Shown here piece after piece: positions 12,672 through 24,554 of a DNA stretch of 64,000 nt (position 1 is its first letter; every line of letters begins with the position of its first letter). The translations under genes were made by a program, and so were the position numbers. Origin of the DNA: Pholidichthys leucotaenia (lineage: Eukaryota); the NCBI GenBank assembly GCA_020510985.1, contig CM035843.1, forward strand, positions 157,315,922 through 157,379,921, given 5' to 3'. Under the pieces are notes generated by a model that did not search any database, was not told where the DNA came from, and was given only the letters and a program-made list of their open reading frames with translations.

Positions 12672-13027
12672 ATTCTACTGCACGGTGGCGCAGTGGTTAG
12701 CACTGCGGCAGCACAGTTTACCCTTGGCCGGGGGATTGTGGGGATCGTGGGATCATGGGTTTGATCCCAGCCCCCGACCAACAGTGATCTGTGTGGAGTT
12801 TGCATGTTCTCCCCGTGTTGCGTGGGTTTACTCCGGGATTTCTCCGGTTTCCTCCCACATGCCAAAAACATGCATGTTAGGTTAATTGGCTGTTCTAAAT
12901 TGTCCCTAGATATCTGTTTCCTATAGGCCCTTAGAATAGAGGGTTAGCATTAATGAAAGCGCTTTGAGTGGTCCTTGTGACTAGAAAAGCGCTATATAAG
13001 TGCAGGTTAGTTAGTTAGTTAGTTAGT
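12672..13027 (+). mobile_element. tRNA-derived SINE (widespread teleost family with a conserved ggagtttgcatgttctccccgtg core), followed by a (TTAG)n tail
   Basis: tRNA-like head ggtggcgcagtggttagcactg and gggtttgatcccag; core ctgtgtggagtttgcatgttctccccgtgttgcgtgggttt and ctccggtttcctcccacatgccaaaaacatgc. Sister copies sit at 13866..14251(-) and 34255..34576(+). Confidence 0.8.
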
Positions 13028-13865
13028 TTGCCATTTGCAGATTGTAACTATTACCTTTTCTGACCTTGAAAAGTCATGTATGTCATTACCCGGAGTTACT
13101 ACTTTACATGCACCTGCACCATACGGATTTACTCGGAGTACCTTGAACCTCAGAGTCAGGTAAATGGAAGATGTCTGCTATTTTCTAATAATTTAATTTT
13201 TGCTAATTTTCTATATATGTGTAGAAGTGAGTCCATTTATCTGTTTTAGTCTTAAGCATGCAGTCCAGTTTTTCCGTAGTGGGTGTGGATCATGGGTGCC
13301 TCCCCTCCCAGCGGCCGGTCTCGCCATCACTGTTTCCATTGTGGGTGCGTTGGCCCCTCCTGCTCCACTGCGTCCTCCCCCTCCTCCTTTTGGCTTCCTT
13401 TTATAAAAGACTTTTACTGTTGTTGCGGAGGGAGGAGGGGGTTGCTAGGCGATGGCGTGGAGGGGGAGGGTGGACGGAGCCAATTCCAGCAGGCTTGAAG
13501 AGGGACTCACACAGTCGCTGGGGGAGGGAGGTCATCCAAAGCCACAACCATCATCTCAGATTAATAGAGAAACAGACAAGCTGTTTGATTATTTTGCGTT
13601 TGTTCTCATTGCTGCAGCATGAGTCTCTTACGTTAAAAACTTCTTACGTTTTTTCTTTCCTTCTTCCAATTGTTTCTCCATATTTTCTCTTGTGTCCTGC
13701 ACCAAACTTAGCAATTCATCAACTTTCAATTTTCCTCTAAAACCAAACTTCCCTTTCCATTTTCTGCCCACTCTCACTTCTACAGTGCTCATCTCCACAA
13801 CTCTTATTTATTTATTCATTTTTATTTTATTTTATTTATTCATTTATTTCCATCCATTTTCTTCC

Positions 13866-14251
13866 GCTTAATCCTTTTCGGGTCACGGGGGAGGGGGGGG
13901 GGGCTTGAGCGTATCCCAGCATCTTTGGGCGGGAGGCAGGGTACACCCTGGACAGATCACCAGTCCATCGCAGGGCCAACACAGAGAGACAGACAACCAT
14001 TCACTCTCACATTCATACCTAAGGACAATGTAGAATCCCCAGTTTAATGCCAATTAACCTAACTTGCATGTTTTTGGCATGTGGGAGGAAACCAGAGAAA
14101 TCCCGGAGTAAACCCACGCAGACACAGGGATAACATGCAAACTCCACACAGATCACTGTTGGTCGGGGGCTGGGATTGAACCCAGGATCCCCCAGCCAAG
14201 GGTGAGTTGCTGTGCTGCCGCAGTGCTAACCACTCCGCCACCGCGCTGCCC
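13866..14251 (-). mobile_element. Full-length copy of the same SINE family
   Basis: The reverse complement matches 12672.. and extends through gccctgcgatggactggtgatctgtccagggtgtaccctgcctcccgcccaaagatgctgggata. Confidence 0.8.
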
Positions 14252-15299
14252 TATTCATTTATTTATTTTATTTATTAATAAATAAATATTCATTTATTTA
14301 TTCCAATTTGCAATTTTCCTTATTTCCTCATTTAAATTACCTCACCTTTATATATAGTCCACCTAGGATTTTTCTACACTTTTATTGTATAAGTAGGAAT
14401 AAATCTCCTTATTCTCCCCTTTGCCCAATTTAAAGTTGAGCCTTTTCTCTCCAGATGAATGGGCATGCTTTGCCTCACTACATCAAACCCGCATCGGCGG
14501 GTGAGGGAGGGCTTTATTTCACTGTGCACAGACTTGAAGCTTTCCTTTCAGCCAGAGAGATAAGGTTCCAAATTTATTAGGAAGATTTGAAGCTCTATTT
14601 GGCAGATTTATGAAAGAGTACACTTCCTACAGTTGACCACATGATGGAGGCACTGTGCCGCAGCTTGAAGGCGGTTCAAGATGGTGTTTATCCGCACATG
14701 TGCACTGAATGCCACGTGGCCACCTCTGCCACGTGCAATTGCGAACGCTCAAGATGGCCCCAGAGCCTATTGTCCACAAACCACAACTTGTTTTTCAAAG
14801 AAACTGGAGCGCTGCCTCCTTAACTTCAGCTGTAAACATGCCAGAATAACCTTACAACTTTAATTTAGGGCTCCATTTTAATACTGTCACCTCAAATGAT
14901 CTCGTCTCAGTAACCTGTTTTAAACAATCTCAACTCCACTCAGGAGTGGAGGTGAATTGCCTCCCTCCTTTATGGAAAAACACACACCTGCCTTTGTGCC
15001 CCACACGGCCCGAAGAGCGCCGTGAGTTAAATCATACTATGGGAAAAACTTAGTAGATACTTCCAACCCCCATTATTTCTCAAACCACACAGTTATCCCC
15101 TAAAGACACAAAATTAACACAGACATCAGCATGCAGGATATGGACAATACAAGACAACTATTTTTATTATCATGAACAGTCACTCACTAAGGAATGGTTA
15201 GAAGATTCTTGTGCTGTACTGTAAGCTATTACTTTTATACTTATGAACGGTCACTCACTAATGGTGGTAAAAAGGTTATTGTGCTGTACTGTAAGTTAT

Positions 15300-15870
15300 T
15301 ACTTTTATTCTTCTTTTTTCAGTACCGGCACCAGGCTAGCCCTGGTTCCCTTAATTTGGGAGACAAACACGGGTGATCGCTGATCACCGCTGTTCTCTAA
15401 GTCTCGTAATTATTTCGGAACAGACTGCATCTGAAATACCTCACCCACGTGGCATCGTTCCTTAACGGCATCGGGTTGGACACTTAAATCCCCTCCGCCA
15501 TCAGGCTAATCATGGCTATTTTAATTTGGAAGACGGACATGGCCGTTGTCCCCTAAGTCTTAGTAATTCTGGGAACAGACTGCTCACAGAATTGCACCGA
15601 CTCGTCCAACTTTAAGCAGAGGGCACTTTCACTGAAGCCTCGGCAGGTCTCCAGTACAAGAGGTATCGTATCTTAAAGCTCAGTGCTATACTGATTTAAA
15701 CAATCGTGGCTTTGCTCCCCAGCGGCACCGTGTTGAACACTCTAAATGGCTCCCCCCCCGGTATCGGGTTACTAACCCTGGCTATTTTAATTTGGGAGAC
15801 GAACCCGAATGATCATTGACCACCCCAAGTCTCGTATTTATTTTGGTTCAGACTGACTCCAAAATGCTTT
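15300..15870. repeat. Diverged tandem repeat: three ~130-250 bp units sharing ctggYt, ttaatttggRagacRaac, aagtctYRtaatt and ggaacagactgc. It is preceded by a 58-bp x2 tandem at 15180..15300.
   Basis: Units at ~15320..15450, 15490..15600 and 15760..15870, aligned by eye. Confidence 0.5.
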
Positions 15871-18800
15871 AAAATTTGGTGGACCATACACCTGTGAATT
15901 CTACGTCCTGATCGCGACCGTCCTAAATCAGACTGATAATAGGACACGTGCACTTTCCTTCGCGTGAAACTATTTGTTCAGACTTTATATGTGACTCCCA
16001 ATTAAATTATAAAATTTGGAGATCAGATATACCCCTTAATCAGACAACTGTAAATTTAGTATGGCCAAAGCGCAGAAATTCATGCAGAAAAGGTTTTCTG
16101 CTTACCTTTCTGTTTGAGCACCAAAGTCATCTAAAAAGGGTCCTTCTGATCTGTTCCGGACTCGTCTCAGAATAGTTCAATCCGGGTCACCGGCACCAAA
16201 ATTGTTAAAATCCCAATTCTTTGGTTGAAAGATCCAAGAATAAGCTGGAGAATTCTTCAGTTCAAAGATGCAACATTTATTCAGAGGTCACATGTAAAGC
16301 AAGCAGGGCTGGGTACAGCATGACGCAGCCCCCTCGGGAGCATCGCCAGACTGACCTCGACTTCCGGGTGCAACTTACATTCATCTTCTTGGGTTGGTTG
16401 GACCAAACCTGTACAATAGGATGGGCTTGTACGCAACCATCTGATTGACCAGTTTAACTCTGACGTGAACAGGCCAGCCGCTATTCACGTTAACTATCTC
16501 CTAAACTGTACTATAAAAAGTGTGTGTGAGTGTTGGTTTGGGTGTGTAACTAATGTAATAGACCTGACTAAAAGAAGTGAGAGAGAGAAGAACGAGGGCT
16601 CTATAGCTCTGCCTAATTCCTGTTTATCAGAGTTTAACACAACATATTTGTTCATAAGAATGCAAACAGAATATGTATAGAATATGTGTAGGGCATAATG
16701 GGAGATTACCTACAGAATTATTATTTTGGCACTAACTTTTCATAACCCTTTCAGGAAGCAGGTCAAACATGGTGGGCAAGATGTGAGGGGTCTCCTGTGA
16801 TGGCCTTGATCCTTTTGAGACAGGAGACTCTGGAGATGTCTTCCAGGGAGGGCAGAGGGCCGCCGATAATTTTTGGGGGCATGTTGACCTTCTGCACAGC
16901 CTTCCTGTTCTTGGCCATGGTGCTGGCGTAGCACACACCCAGTAGGTGAGCACACTCTCCACTGAGCAGCAATAGAAGGCCAGCAGCAGCTTCTGGTCCA
17001 GGTTGAATGTCCTTCAGTGTCGTTCATGCCTTCAATAATCAATCTATTGAATGACAAAATAGCTGACATTACCCGGACTGGTTTGGCAGCAGCCTTCCTC
17101 CTCCACACCTGCACTGCAGACACAGAACTTCACATGGATGGAGCTGCACTGTTACGGCTACTACTGACCTATTTCTTTTTCTGTGTGTCTGAGTTTGCCG
17201 TGAGTGAATGACTGCTGCACCCGCAATTAATTATGACCTGCAATCCAGCATCAGACGACAGAAGAGATGTGGGTTCCGAGGTCTGGAGGTGGAGATGGTA
17301 CCTGTTGGTGATCCATTTTGACTGTCTGTGATTGATTCACTAATTGAGGAATTGACTGTTAAAACTAAAGTGGTGCAGGGAGATATTGCCTTGCAGTTTT
17401 TATTGGTTTTATGGGCTCTTTGACAGTGATGTACAGGCCTTTTTATTTGTGTTCAGGTTGAACTTGTTAGTTAGCCTGCCTTTTTAGTTATTTTAGTGCC
17501 TAGTAAAAGTAATTTGTGTTTTGTTTTATCCAGTCAGGAGCATTAGTTATTCAGGGTTGGAGATGACGAATGCAAGATTAATTTAATAGAGAATGTATCC
17601 TTTTTTCCCATTTTATTTGGCTCTACTCTGGAGTTTTATTCATTTTATCAGTTTCTTAATTGAGTTTGCTGTTTCTTTTCATTTTGCTTTTTAATGGTTG
17701 GTTTGCTGTGTGATTTTATTGTTGCCTGTCATATTGTGGTGTTTTATTAAAGAACAATTTTCTCCTGTACAGCTCACGGACTGTGAGCCAGTGAGCCACT
17801 GAACTGTCTTCCTCAATAAAAGAAGGACTGTTTAGTTAGGGCAATATTATGTGTTACCATAAACAAATATGTAATGAATGCATGTGCATTTGTGTAAAAC
17901 TGAATTATTTAGAAATGTTAAAGAAAAATGACTTTTTATGGACCGATTACCAAAGAAATCGTAAACATGTAAAACATCAATGTTGGCTTGAAAGGAGAAG
18001 GGAGAAGGTGCTTCCATCTCAGATCACCTCTGCTGAAGACACCAAGACTGGTCCCCTGGTCTCTGGAGCACTCAGCTCCACATCAGATGTAGTTGTCACA
18101 GATCACACAGAAGTTTGCTGGATTAAAAAAATGCACAGTCGTTAAAAGTACATTACTTCCTCTGCTCAGCTGAATGTTTACAATAAAAAATAACCTATAT
18201 ATACCTATATACTTATATAGGCACCTCTCAGCCAGGGGCAGTCCTTTGAGGCTCCACCTACAGCATGGGCAAAAAACATAAAAAGGACCCACTCCAAAAA
18301 GGAGCGGGGTCGTAACACCCCCCCCCCCACACACACACACACACACACACAAAAGGGCTTCCCGATTGGGAAGGCCTACACAAACTGACCAACACACCAT
18401 GTTTCCTATAATTTATTTATCATTCAACTATAAATTACTATAGAACATTAAAACTACAAATACAGATCCACCATTTTACTTTGTCCCAAATCCAGTCCTG
18501 GTGTAAGTACCCCACCAACCCATCCAAACAAGTCAGCAACCCAGCAACTCCCGGCACCTGGAGAAGCAATTTAAGACTTCTGACCTGCTAAACAGGTGGC
18601 ATAGATATTAATAGACAAGATTTACTGAAGTCTAACACCTAAGGACTCGGCGCTCTGGACAGGGCATCCACTACAACATTCTCCGAGCCTTTGATGTGTT
18701 GGATGTCCACACAGCAGATCTGCAAAAAACAAAACAAATGCATCAGTCAGACAATAATCCTGTAGTCCACAGACTACTGGGAAACCAATGTCCCTCAGGA

Positions 18801-19535
18801 GGATAACTAAAATCCAAGATCCACTGAGCAGGAAGGAAAAACCTGTCAGGATGCTGATCCAAACCCACAGACAGCCAGGACAAATAGAGGTGTCCCTAAG
18901 GAAAAACCTGTCAGGATGCTGATCCAAACCCACAAACAGCCAGGACAAATAGAGGTGTCCCTCAGGAGGACGACCATTATCAGAACTCCACAAGAGCACC
19001 AGAAGTCTCAGCCCAGAAGCAAACCACAGTTCATGCAGGTTTTGCAGTGACTCAGACTTCCTCAGCTCGCCCTGTAACCCACACTGATCAGGAGAATCAG
19101 TCACACACCTGATCACGAACCCTGCAGCTGCTGAGCTAACAAGTTGCTGAGACACACTCCCTCACGGTTCAAAAATCAGGTCTCCTCGGGAAGAATCAGA
19201 TTTCAATAGATTAACCTGGCAAATCTGATCCTCCTCCCTCTGCTCAGATGTAATTCCTCAGAATTCATCAGAGACCAAACTGACAGACACTTCCACAGTG
19301 TCATCCAGACACAAATGACTGCCAGAATCACCAACAGAACAAATTAATTGCACCTGCTGACAATAAGCGACCTTCGCATTACGAGTGCACATGTGTGGAC
19401 TATGCGACCCAACATCCGGTTCAAAGTTCACGACTACCAAACATTCCGCTAGCCGCCTTGCTTTTGTTTAGAGACAGTACTGTCACACCTGAACAATTGC
19501 CGTTTAAAGTCTGCTTCAAGCTTTAAGTCACCATT

Positions 19536-19737
19536 ATGCCAGGTGCACATTGTGCCGTAGTGAAGTGTGGGAATGGCATGTATCATCTAGAGCGGTGGAA
19601 AAAGCAAACTTGTAACATACATTCGTGAAACTTCGGGACCAGTGTGTGCACATGTCCGCCGCCATTCACGTTATTTACATTCCCCACAGAGATGAAGGAT
19701 CCGGACACACATAATTGTTGGATTAAAGCAATAAGTC
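19536..19737 (+). pseudogene. THAP-type zinc-finger remnant with a frameshift
   Basis: The sequence translates as MPGAHCAVVKCGNG, followed after a frameshift by FTLFTFPTEMKDPDTHNCWIKAIS. This matches the THAP consensus MP-C-A-GC-N, FH-FP-DP and R-W-AI, but with ~20 extra residues and a +1 shift. Confidence 0.4.
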
Positions 19738-19868
19738 TGTATTATAACATAATTAAATAGTGTTGTGTATTTTTCAAGTGCCTAAACCCTGAAGTAGTAG
19801 GTACGGACAGGCAGGCCTAGATCTAGGATATACTTCTTTGTATATTGGTAATGAAGCTTGATCTACAC

Positions 19869-20058
19869 CAGGGGTGTCAAACTCATTCCATGGAGGGCCA
19901 AGACCCTGCAGGTTTTACTTCTACCCAGTCTCTTCAGCAGGTGTTTTCACTGATCAGCAATCAGTGGGAAGAAATTCAGAGAAAACACCTGTTGAAGCCA
20001 CTGGGTGGAGGTAAAACCTGCAGGGTCTTGGCCCTCCATGGAATGAGTTTGACACCTG
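19869..20058. mobile_element. MITE (190 bp) with ~50-bp TIRs and a perfect 10-bp TSD TGATCTACAC
   Basis: The left end caggggtgtcaaactcattccatggagggccaagaccctgcaggttttac is the reverse complement of the right end. tgatctacac occurs at 19859..19868 and again at 20059..20068. Confidence 0.75.
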
Positions 20059-21819
20059 TGATCTACACCCACATGTAATTAAGGCCATTGATAAGTAGGC
20101 TGGTATAGAATAAAATTGCAAATCATTGAAAACGTGTGGTACTTAAACTATAGTAGTATCGACCTATAGATCTAAGTAAGCAGGCTATGCCTTGGAGTGA
20201 AATTTAATCAAAATGACAAAACCAAAGTTGAGCTGTCAAACCACTTGCTTACCTTCTTTGTAGTCATTTCAGAGTCTCGCAAGTAAGGGTGATTGGTTCT
20301 TTGACAACAAAAAATCTGCTATCTCAGCGTACATACAGGGGGGCCATTTTGGCCAATTTCTGCAACGTGGCTGCGAATTCGTGCAACTAGTTCATCCTTG
20401 CGTTTGCGGGTACAACCGGGAAGACCCCTGCGCATACAATATGCTCGTAGATCAGGAATTTTCCATAATTAAATGTATCGATAGAGCATGTTTGGTAGCC
20501 ATGTTCCCATGATGCTTTGCGCAAGCCGAGATGTGAAAGTTGCTTATTTGACACGAGCTCCTGCTCAGGTGAAAATGAACATCCTTCATCAGGAACTAAA
20601 TCTGCAGGCACCTTAATAATGTCACACAACCCCATGTGACCATCGGAGACAACAGCTGAACAAATTAATTGTTCCAACTGACAATCCGACACAAAATCTG
20701 CATTCTCTGACATATCAACTGGTGCATTAATTGATGTTACTGGCACACCACCTGATCTTGCTAACGGGTCACAGTCAGAAAACACACATACAGGCTTCAC
20801 GAACAGATCCTCAGGATCAACCTGACTAACTGGCACCACACGACAGACTGCACAGGATGAGGTTTGACACACAGGTTTTCAGAATTAGCACAATCAATTG
20901 GTGCAGCCAGCACCACAGGTACAACTGTGCAAGCTGGATCCAGTTCACCAATCTGCTGACTGTGCATCTGAAACAAATGAGGAAACTGTGCACAAATCAG
21001 AGAAAACACCACCTGAGTGCACACAACCAGAGGCACCACTTCGACCTAAACCGACACCAATTGCAGCCAAAACACTCGGCTTATGTCTCTCCAAATGTGC
21101 CCATGCCAATGTCAACTCCTGCAGCAAAATTGCCTCCCGTTGCTCAAAAAGCAACGTGGCCACACTATGAGTCGCCCTCATTCCAGACATCTCAACAGGT
21201 GTTACACACAAACAAATCAGACTGATGCAACAAATTCACAAATACTGCACTCTGCCTACAATTCAATAATTTAATCACGCACAAACACAAAACACCACAG
21301 ATGAAATTTACAAATAAACAGATACTCACCTCAGTGTCTCCCCAACAGATGTGCGTCTCCCAACAAACACTGCAAACTAATGAGCTGACATCACCCGGAT
21401 CACATAGCTGTTCTCACTCATTCACACCCAGCCCCCGCCCCCCACCCGGCCATGCCTCTACTCACACGTGAACAGATTGCGCCAACGGAAAAACGAAACT
21501 GGGTCAAACAGAGAAAGCGCCTCCACACAGACTGACACACTGGCAACTCTCCACCCTGACTAACTGGTCACAAAGCTACCTAAATAATCTGGACCCTAGT
21601 CTTTTGGCACCTACTTGGAGGAGGCTCTTTAATCACTAAACCACTAGGCTGGAAAGCAATCGCTATGTAACGACTCACCAGGAACTCCTGTGGATGTGAC
21701 CCCAGTGCTGCGCTCATCACCACACTAAAGCAAAGCCGACAGTGACCCTGTATTGGAACTCACTGTTAAGTCTATCCAGAGAAAATACCAGTGATCTAAC
21801 TGATTGCATGGAAAACACT

Positions 21820-23428
21820 TACAGTGCATCCAGAAAGTCTTCACAGCGTTTCACTTTTTCCATATTTTGCTATGTTACAGCCTTATTCCAAAAAGTGATT
21901 AAATTCATCTTTTCCCTCAAAATTCTACACACAATACCCCATAATGACAACATGAAAAACGTTTTTTGGAGATTTTTGTAAATTTATTAAAAATAAAAAA
22001 CTAAGAAATCATATGTACATAAGTATTCACAGCCTTTTCCATGAAACTCAAAATTGATCTCAGGTGCATCTTGTTTCTGCTGATCTTGAGATGTTTCTAC
22101 AGCTTAATTGGAGTCCACCTGTGGTAAATTCAGTTGATTGGACATGATTTGGAAAGGCACACACCTGTCTATATAAGGTCCCACAGTTGACAGTGCATGT
22201 CAGAGCACAAACCAAGCATGAAGTCAAAGGAATTGTCTGTTGACCTCTGAGACAGGATTGTCTTGAGGCAGAAATTTTGGAAAAGGTACAGAAAAATTTC
22301 TGCTGCTTTGAAGGTCCCAGTGAGCACAGTGGCCTCCATCATCCGTAAATGGAAGAAGTTCAGAACCACCAGGACTCTTCCTAGAGCAGCCGACCATCTA
22401 AACTGACCGATCAGAGGAGAAGGGCCTTAGTCAGGAAGGTGACCAAGAACCCAATGGTCACTCTGTCAGAGCTCTAGCATTCCTCTGTGGACAGAGGAGA
22501 ACCTTCCAGAAGGACAACCATCTCTGCAGCAATTCACCAATCAGGCCTGTATGGTAGAGTGGCTAGATGGAAGCCGCTCCTTAGTAAAAGGCACATGGCA
22601 GCCTGCCTGGAGTTTGCCAAAAGGCACCTGAAGGACTCTCTGACCACGAGAAACAAAATTCTCTGGTCTGATGAGACAAAGATTGAACTCTTTGACGTGA
22701 ATGCCAGGTGTCATATTTGGAGGAAACCAGGCACCGCTCATTACCAGACCAATGGTGGTGGCAGCATCATGCTGTGGGGATATTTTTCAGCGGCAGGAAC
22801 TGGGAGAAGAGTCAGGATAGAGGGAAAGATGAATGTAGTAATGTACAGAGACATCCTGGATGAAAACCTGCTCAGAGCACTCTTGACCTCAGACTGGGGT
22901 GACGGTTCACCTTTCAGGACAACGACCCTAAGCACACAGCCAAGATATCAAAGGAGTGGCTTCAGGACAACTCTGTGAATGTCCTTGAGTGGCCCAGCCA
23001 GAGCCCAGACTTGAATCCAATTGAATATCTCTGGAGAGATCTGAAAATGGCTGTGCACTGATGCTTCCCATCCACTCTGATGGAGCTTGAGAGGTGCTGC
23101 AAAGAGGAATAGGCCAAACTGCCCAAAGATAGGTGTGCCAAGCTTGTGGCATCATATTCAAAAAGACTTGAGGTTGTAAATCCTGCCAAAGGTGCATCAA
23201 CAAAGTACTGAGCAAAGGCTGTGAATACTTATGTACATGTGATTTCTTTTTTTTTTAATTGTTAATAAATTTGCAAAAATTAAAAAAAAATGTTTTTCAT
23301 GTTGACATTATGGGGTATTGCGTGTTTTTTTGAGTAAAAAAATGAATTTAATCCCTTTTGGAATAAGGCTGTAACATAACAAAATTTGAAAAAGTGAAGT
23401 GTTGTGAAGACTTTCCGGATGCCCTGTA
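21820..23428 (+). mobile_element. Tc1-family DNA transposon no. 1 (~1.6 kb, ~200-bp TIRs); transposase degraded by multiple stops and frameshifts
   Basis: The left end acagtgcatccagaaagtcttcacagcgtttcactttttccatattttgctatgttacagccttattcc is inverted at 23210..23428. Internal ORF fragments 22200..23200 include 22487..22978 ([12 protein letters not shown] and DNDPKH-type DDE motifs) and a C-terminus with [14 protein letters not shown]. Confidence 0.8.
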
Positions 23429-23447
23429 CCTGTACCTGTTTCAACCC

Positions 23448-23452
<5 letters not shown>

Positions 23453-23482
<30 letters not shown>
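23453..23482. repeat. (CA)n microsatellite
   Basis: acacacacacacacacacacacacacacaca directly after the Tc1 element. Confidence 0.9.
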
Positions 23483-23486
<4 letters not shown>

Positions 23487-23928
23487 ACAAAATACAAAAA
23501 ACGGGCAAATCCGCCCAAACAGAACGTGTTCAACTAATAAGCCTTCATTAGTCACACTACAAATGAATCACAAGCTCGAAAAACAAACAACAGGGTTCAA
23601 TAAAGTGGACAAGCCCCCATTAATCAGAATCCTTGGCTCACAGGTTTAGACAAAGAAGGGCAACCACACAGAGGTGCCAATTTAATGTTATCAATCTTTT
23701 CTTGGAGGGTTTGTGCACTGAAGTGTTTGACAGTCCAGTTTTTATTCAGCCAAATGCCCATTGTGATGTGCCCAGGTCAGTAATGACCAGGATGTAGTAT
23801 ATTTTATTTCAAAATGGAAACAAATGTTAATGCTACTAACAGTGCACATTGAGATTTTATGGACTTTGAGATATGCCTGAGAAAGATGTGACCAAAATGG
23901 TTATTTATACAATTTTATTTTTTTCATT

Positions 23929-24075
23929 CTATTTATTTAATTGTTGCTCAAGAGGAAAAATATTTCTACTACTTCAAGTTCTGCTCAACCCCAGCACTGT
24001 TATCTATTTATTTAATTGTTGTTCAAGAGGAAAAATATTTCTACTACTTCAAGTTCTGCTCAACCCCAGCACTGT
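23929..24075. repeat. 73-bp tandem duplication (x2)
   Basis: tatttatttaattgttgYtcaagaggaaaaatatttctactacttcaagttctgctcaaccccagcactgttat occurs twice back to back. Confidence 0.8.
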
Positions 24076-24554
24076 TATTGTGTTTTTATGCACTTTTGAT
24101 GTGCCTTTGTCATGTGCCAATTGCACATTTAAAACCAAGAGAATGAATAAAAAGTGTGTATTTTTCATCATACTGATCTGTGTTGGTTTGAAATTTATCA
24201 TATTCAACAGATCGCTGAACATGTGCGGCCCAGATACATGTCTTAATTTCAAATTGTGGCTCAGCTGATTTTGTAATTGGATAGCCCTGCTGTAATAGTT
24301 GCAATGAGGAAGATAATTGGCCAGAGGATCTGGTATTGACCAGCGGACTGAAGAGGAAGAAGAGGGTCCAATAGCAACACAGGCAACAAAGCAGTGTGGA
24401 AGAGGCAAATTGAAAGGTAAAGAGAAGAGAAGAAAGACACATACAGCTGCTGAATTTGATCAAAGTGTTGACCTGACGAGCGCAGAAAAAGAGGGTCCAA
24501 CAGCAACGCAGGCCAAACTGAGAAAGTTTCAGGTCTCAGTTGGCTCTTGCCTGA

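Larger units (their letters stand above)
8283..13420 (+). repeat. Low-copy repeat Rep-XY, copy A, interrupted by an LTR element (8557..12401) and a SINE (12672..13027)
   Basis: 8283..8551, 12407..12655 and 13028..13420 are collinear with the uninterrupted paralog at 52960..55860. The empty site for the LTR element is visible at ~53190 (cctcaggagaggtgacaaaatg). The SINE site corresponds to tattctact^tttagtttgcc near 55340. Confidence 0.65.

Noticed and set aside
12672-12760. tRNA-like sequences (ggtggcgcagtggttagc, gggtttgatccc) that might be called tRNA genes; also at 14160..14250, 7600..7663 and 34255..34280
   Set aside because: Each is the 5' head of a SINE with the characteristic SINE body and tail attached. 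No standalone cloverleaf tRNA gene is evident.
16732-17123. Three overlapping - strand ORFs in a GC-rich patch
   Set aside because: There are no recognisable motifs, and the mutually overlapping frames are typical of chance ORFs.
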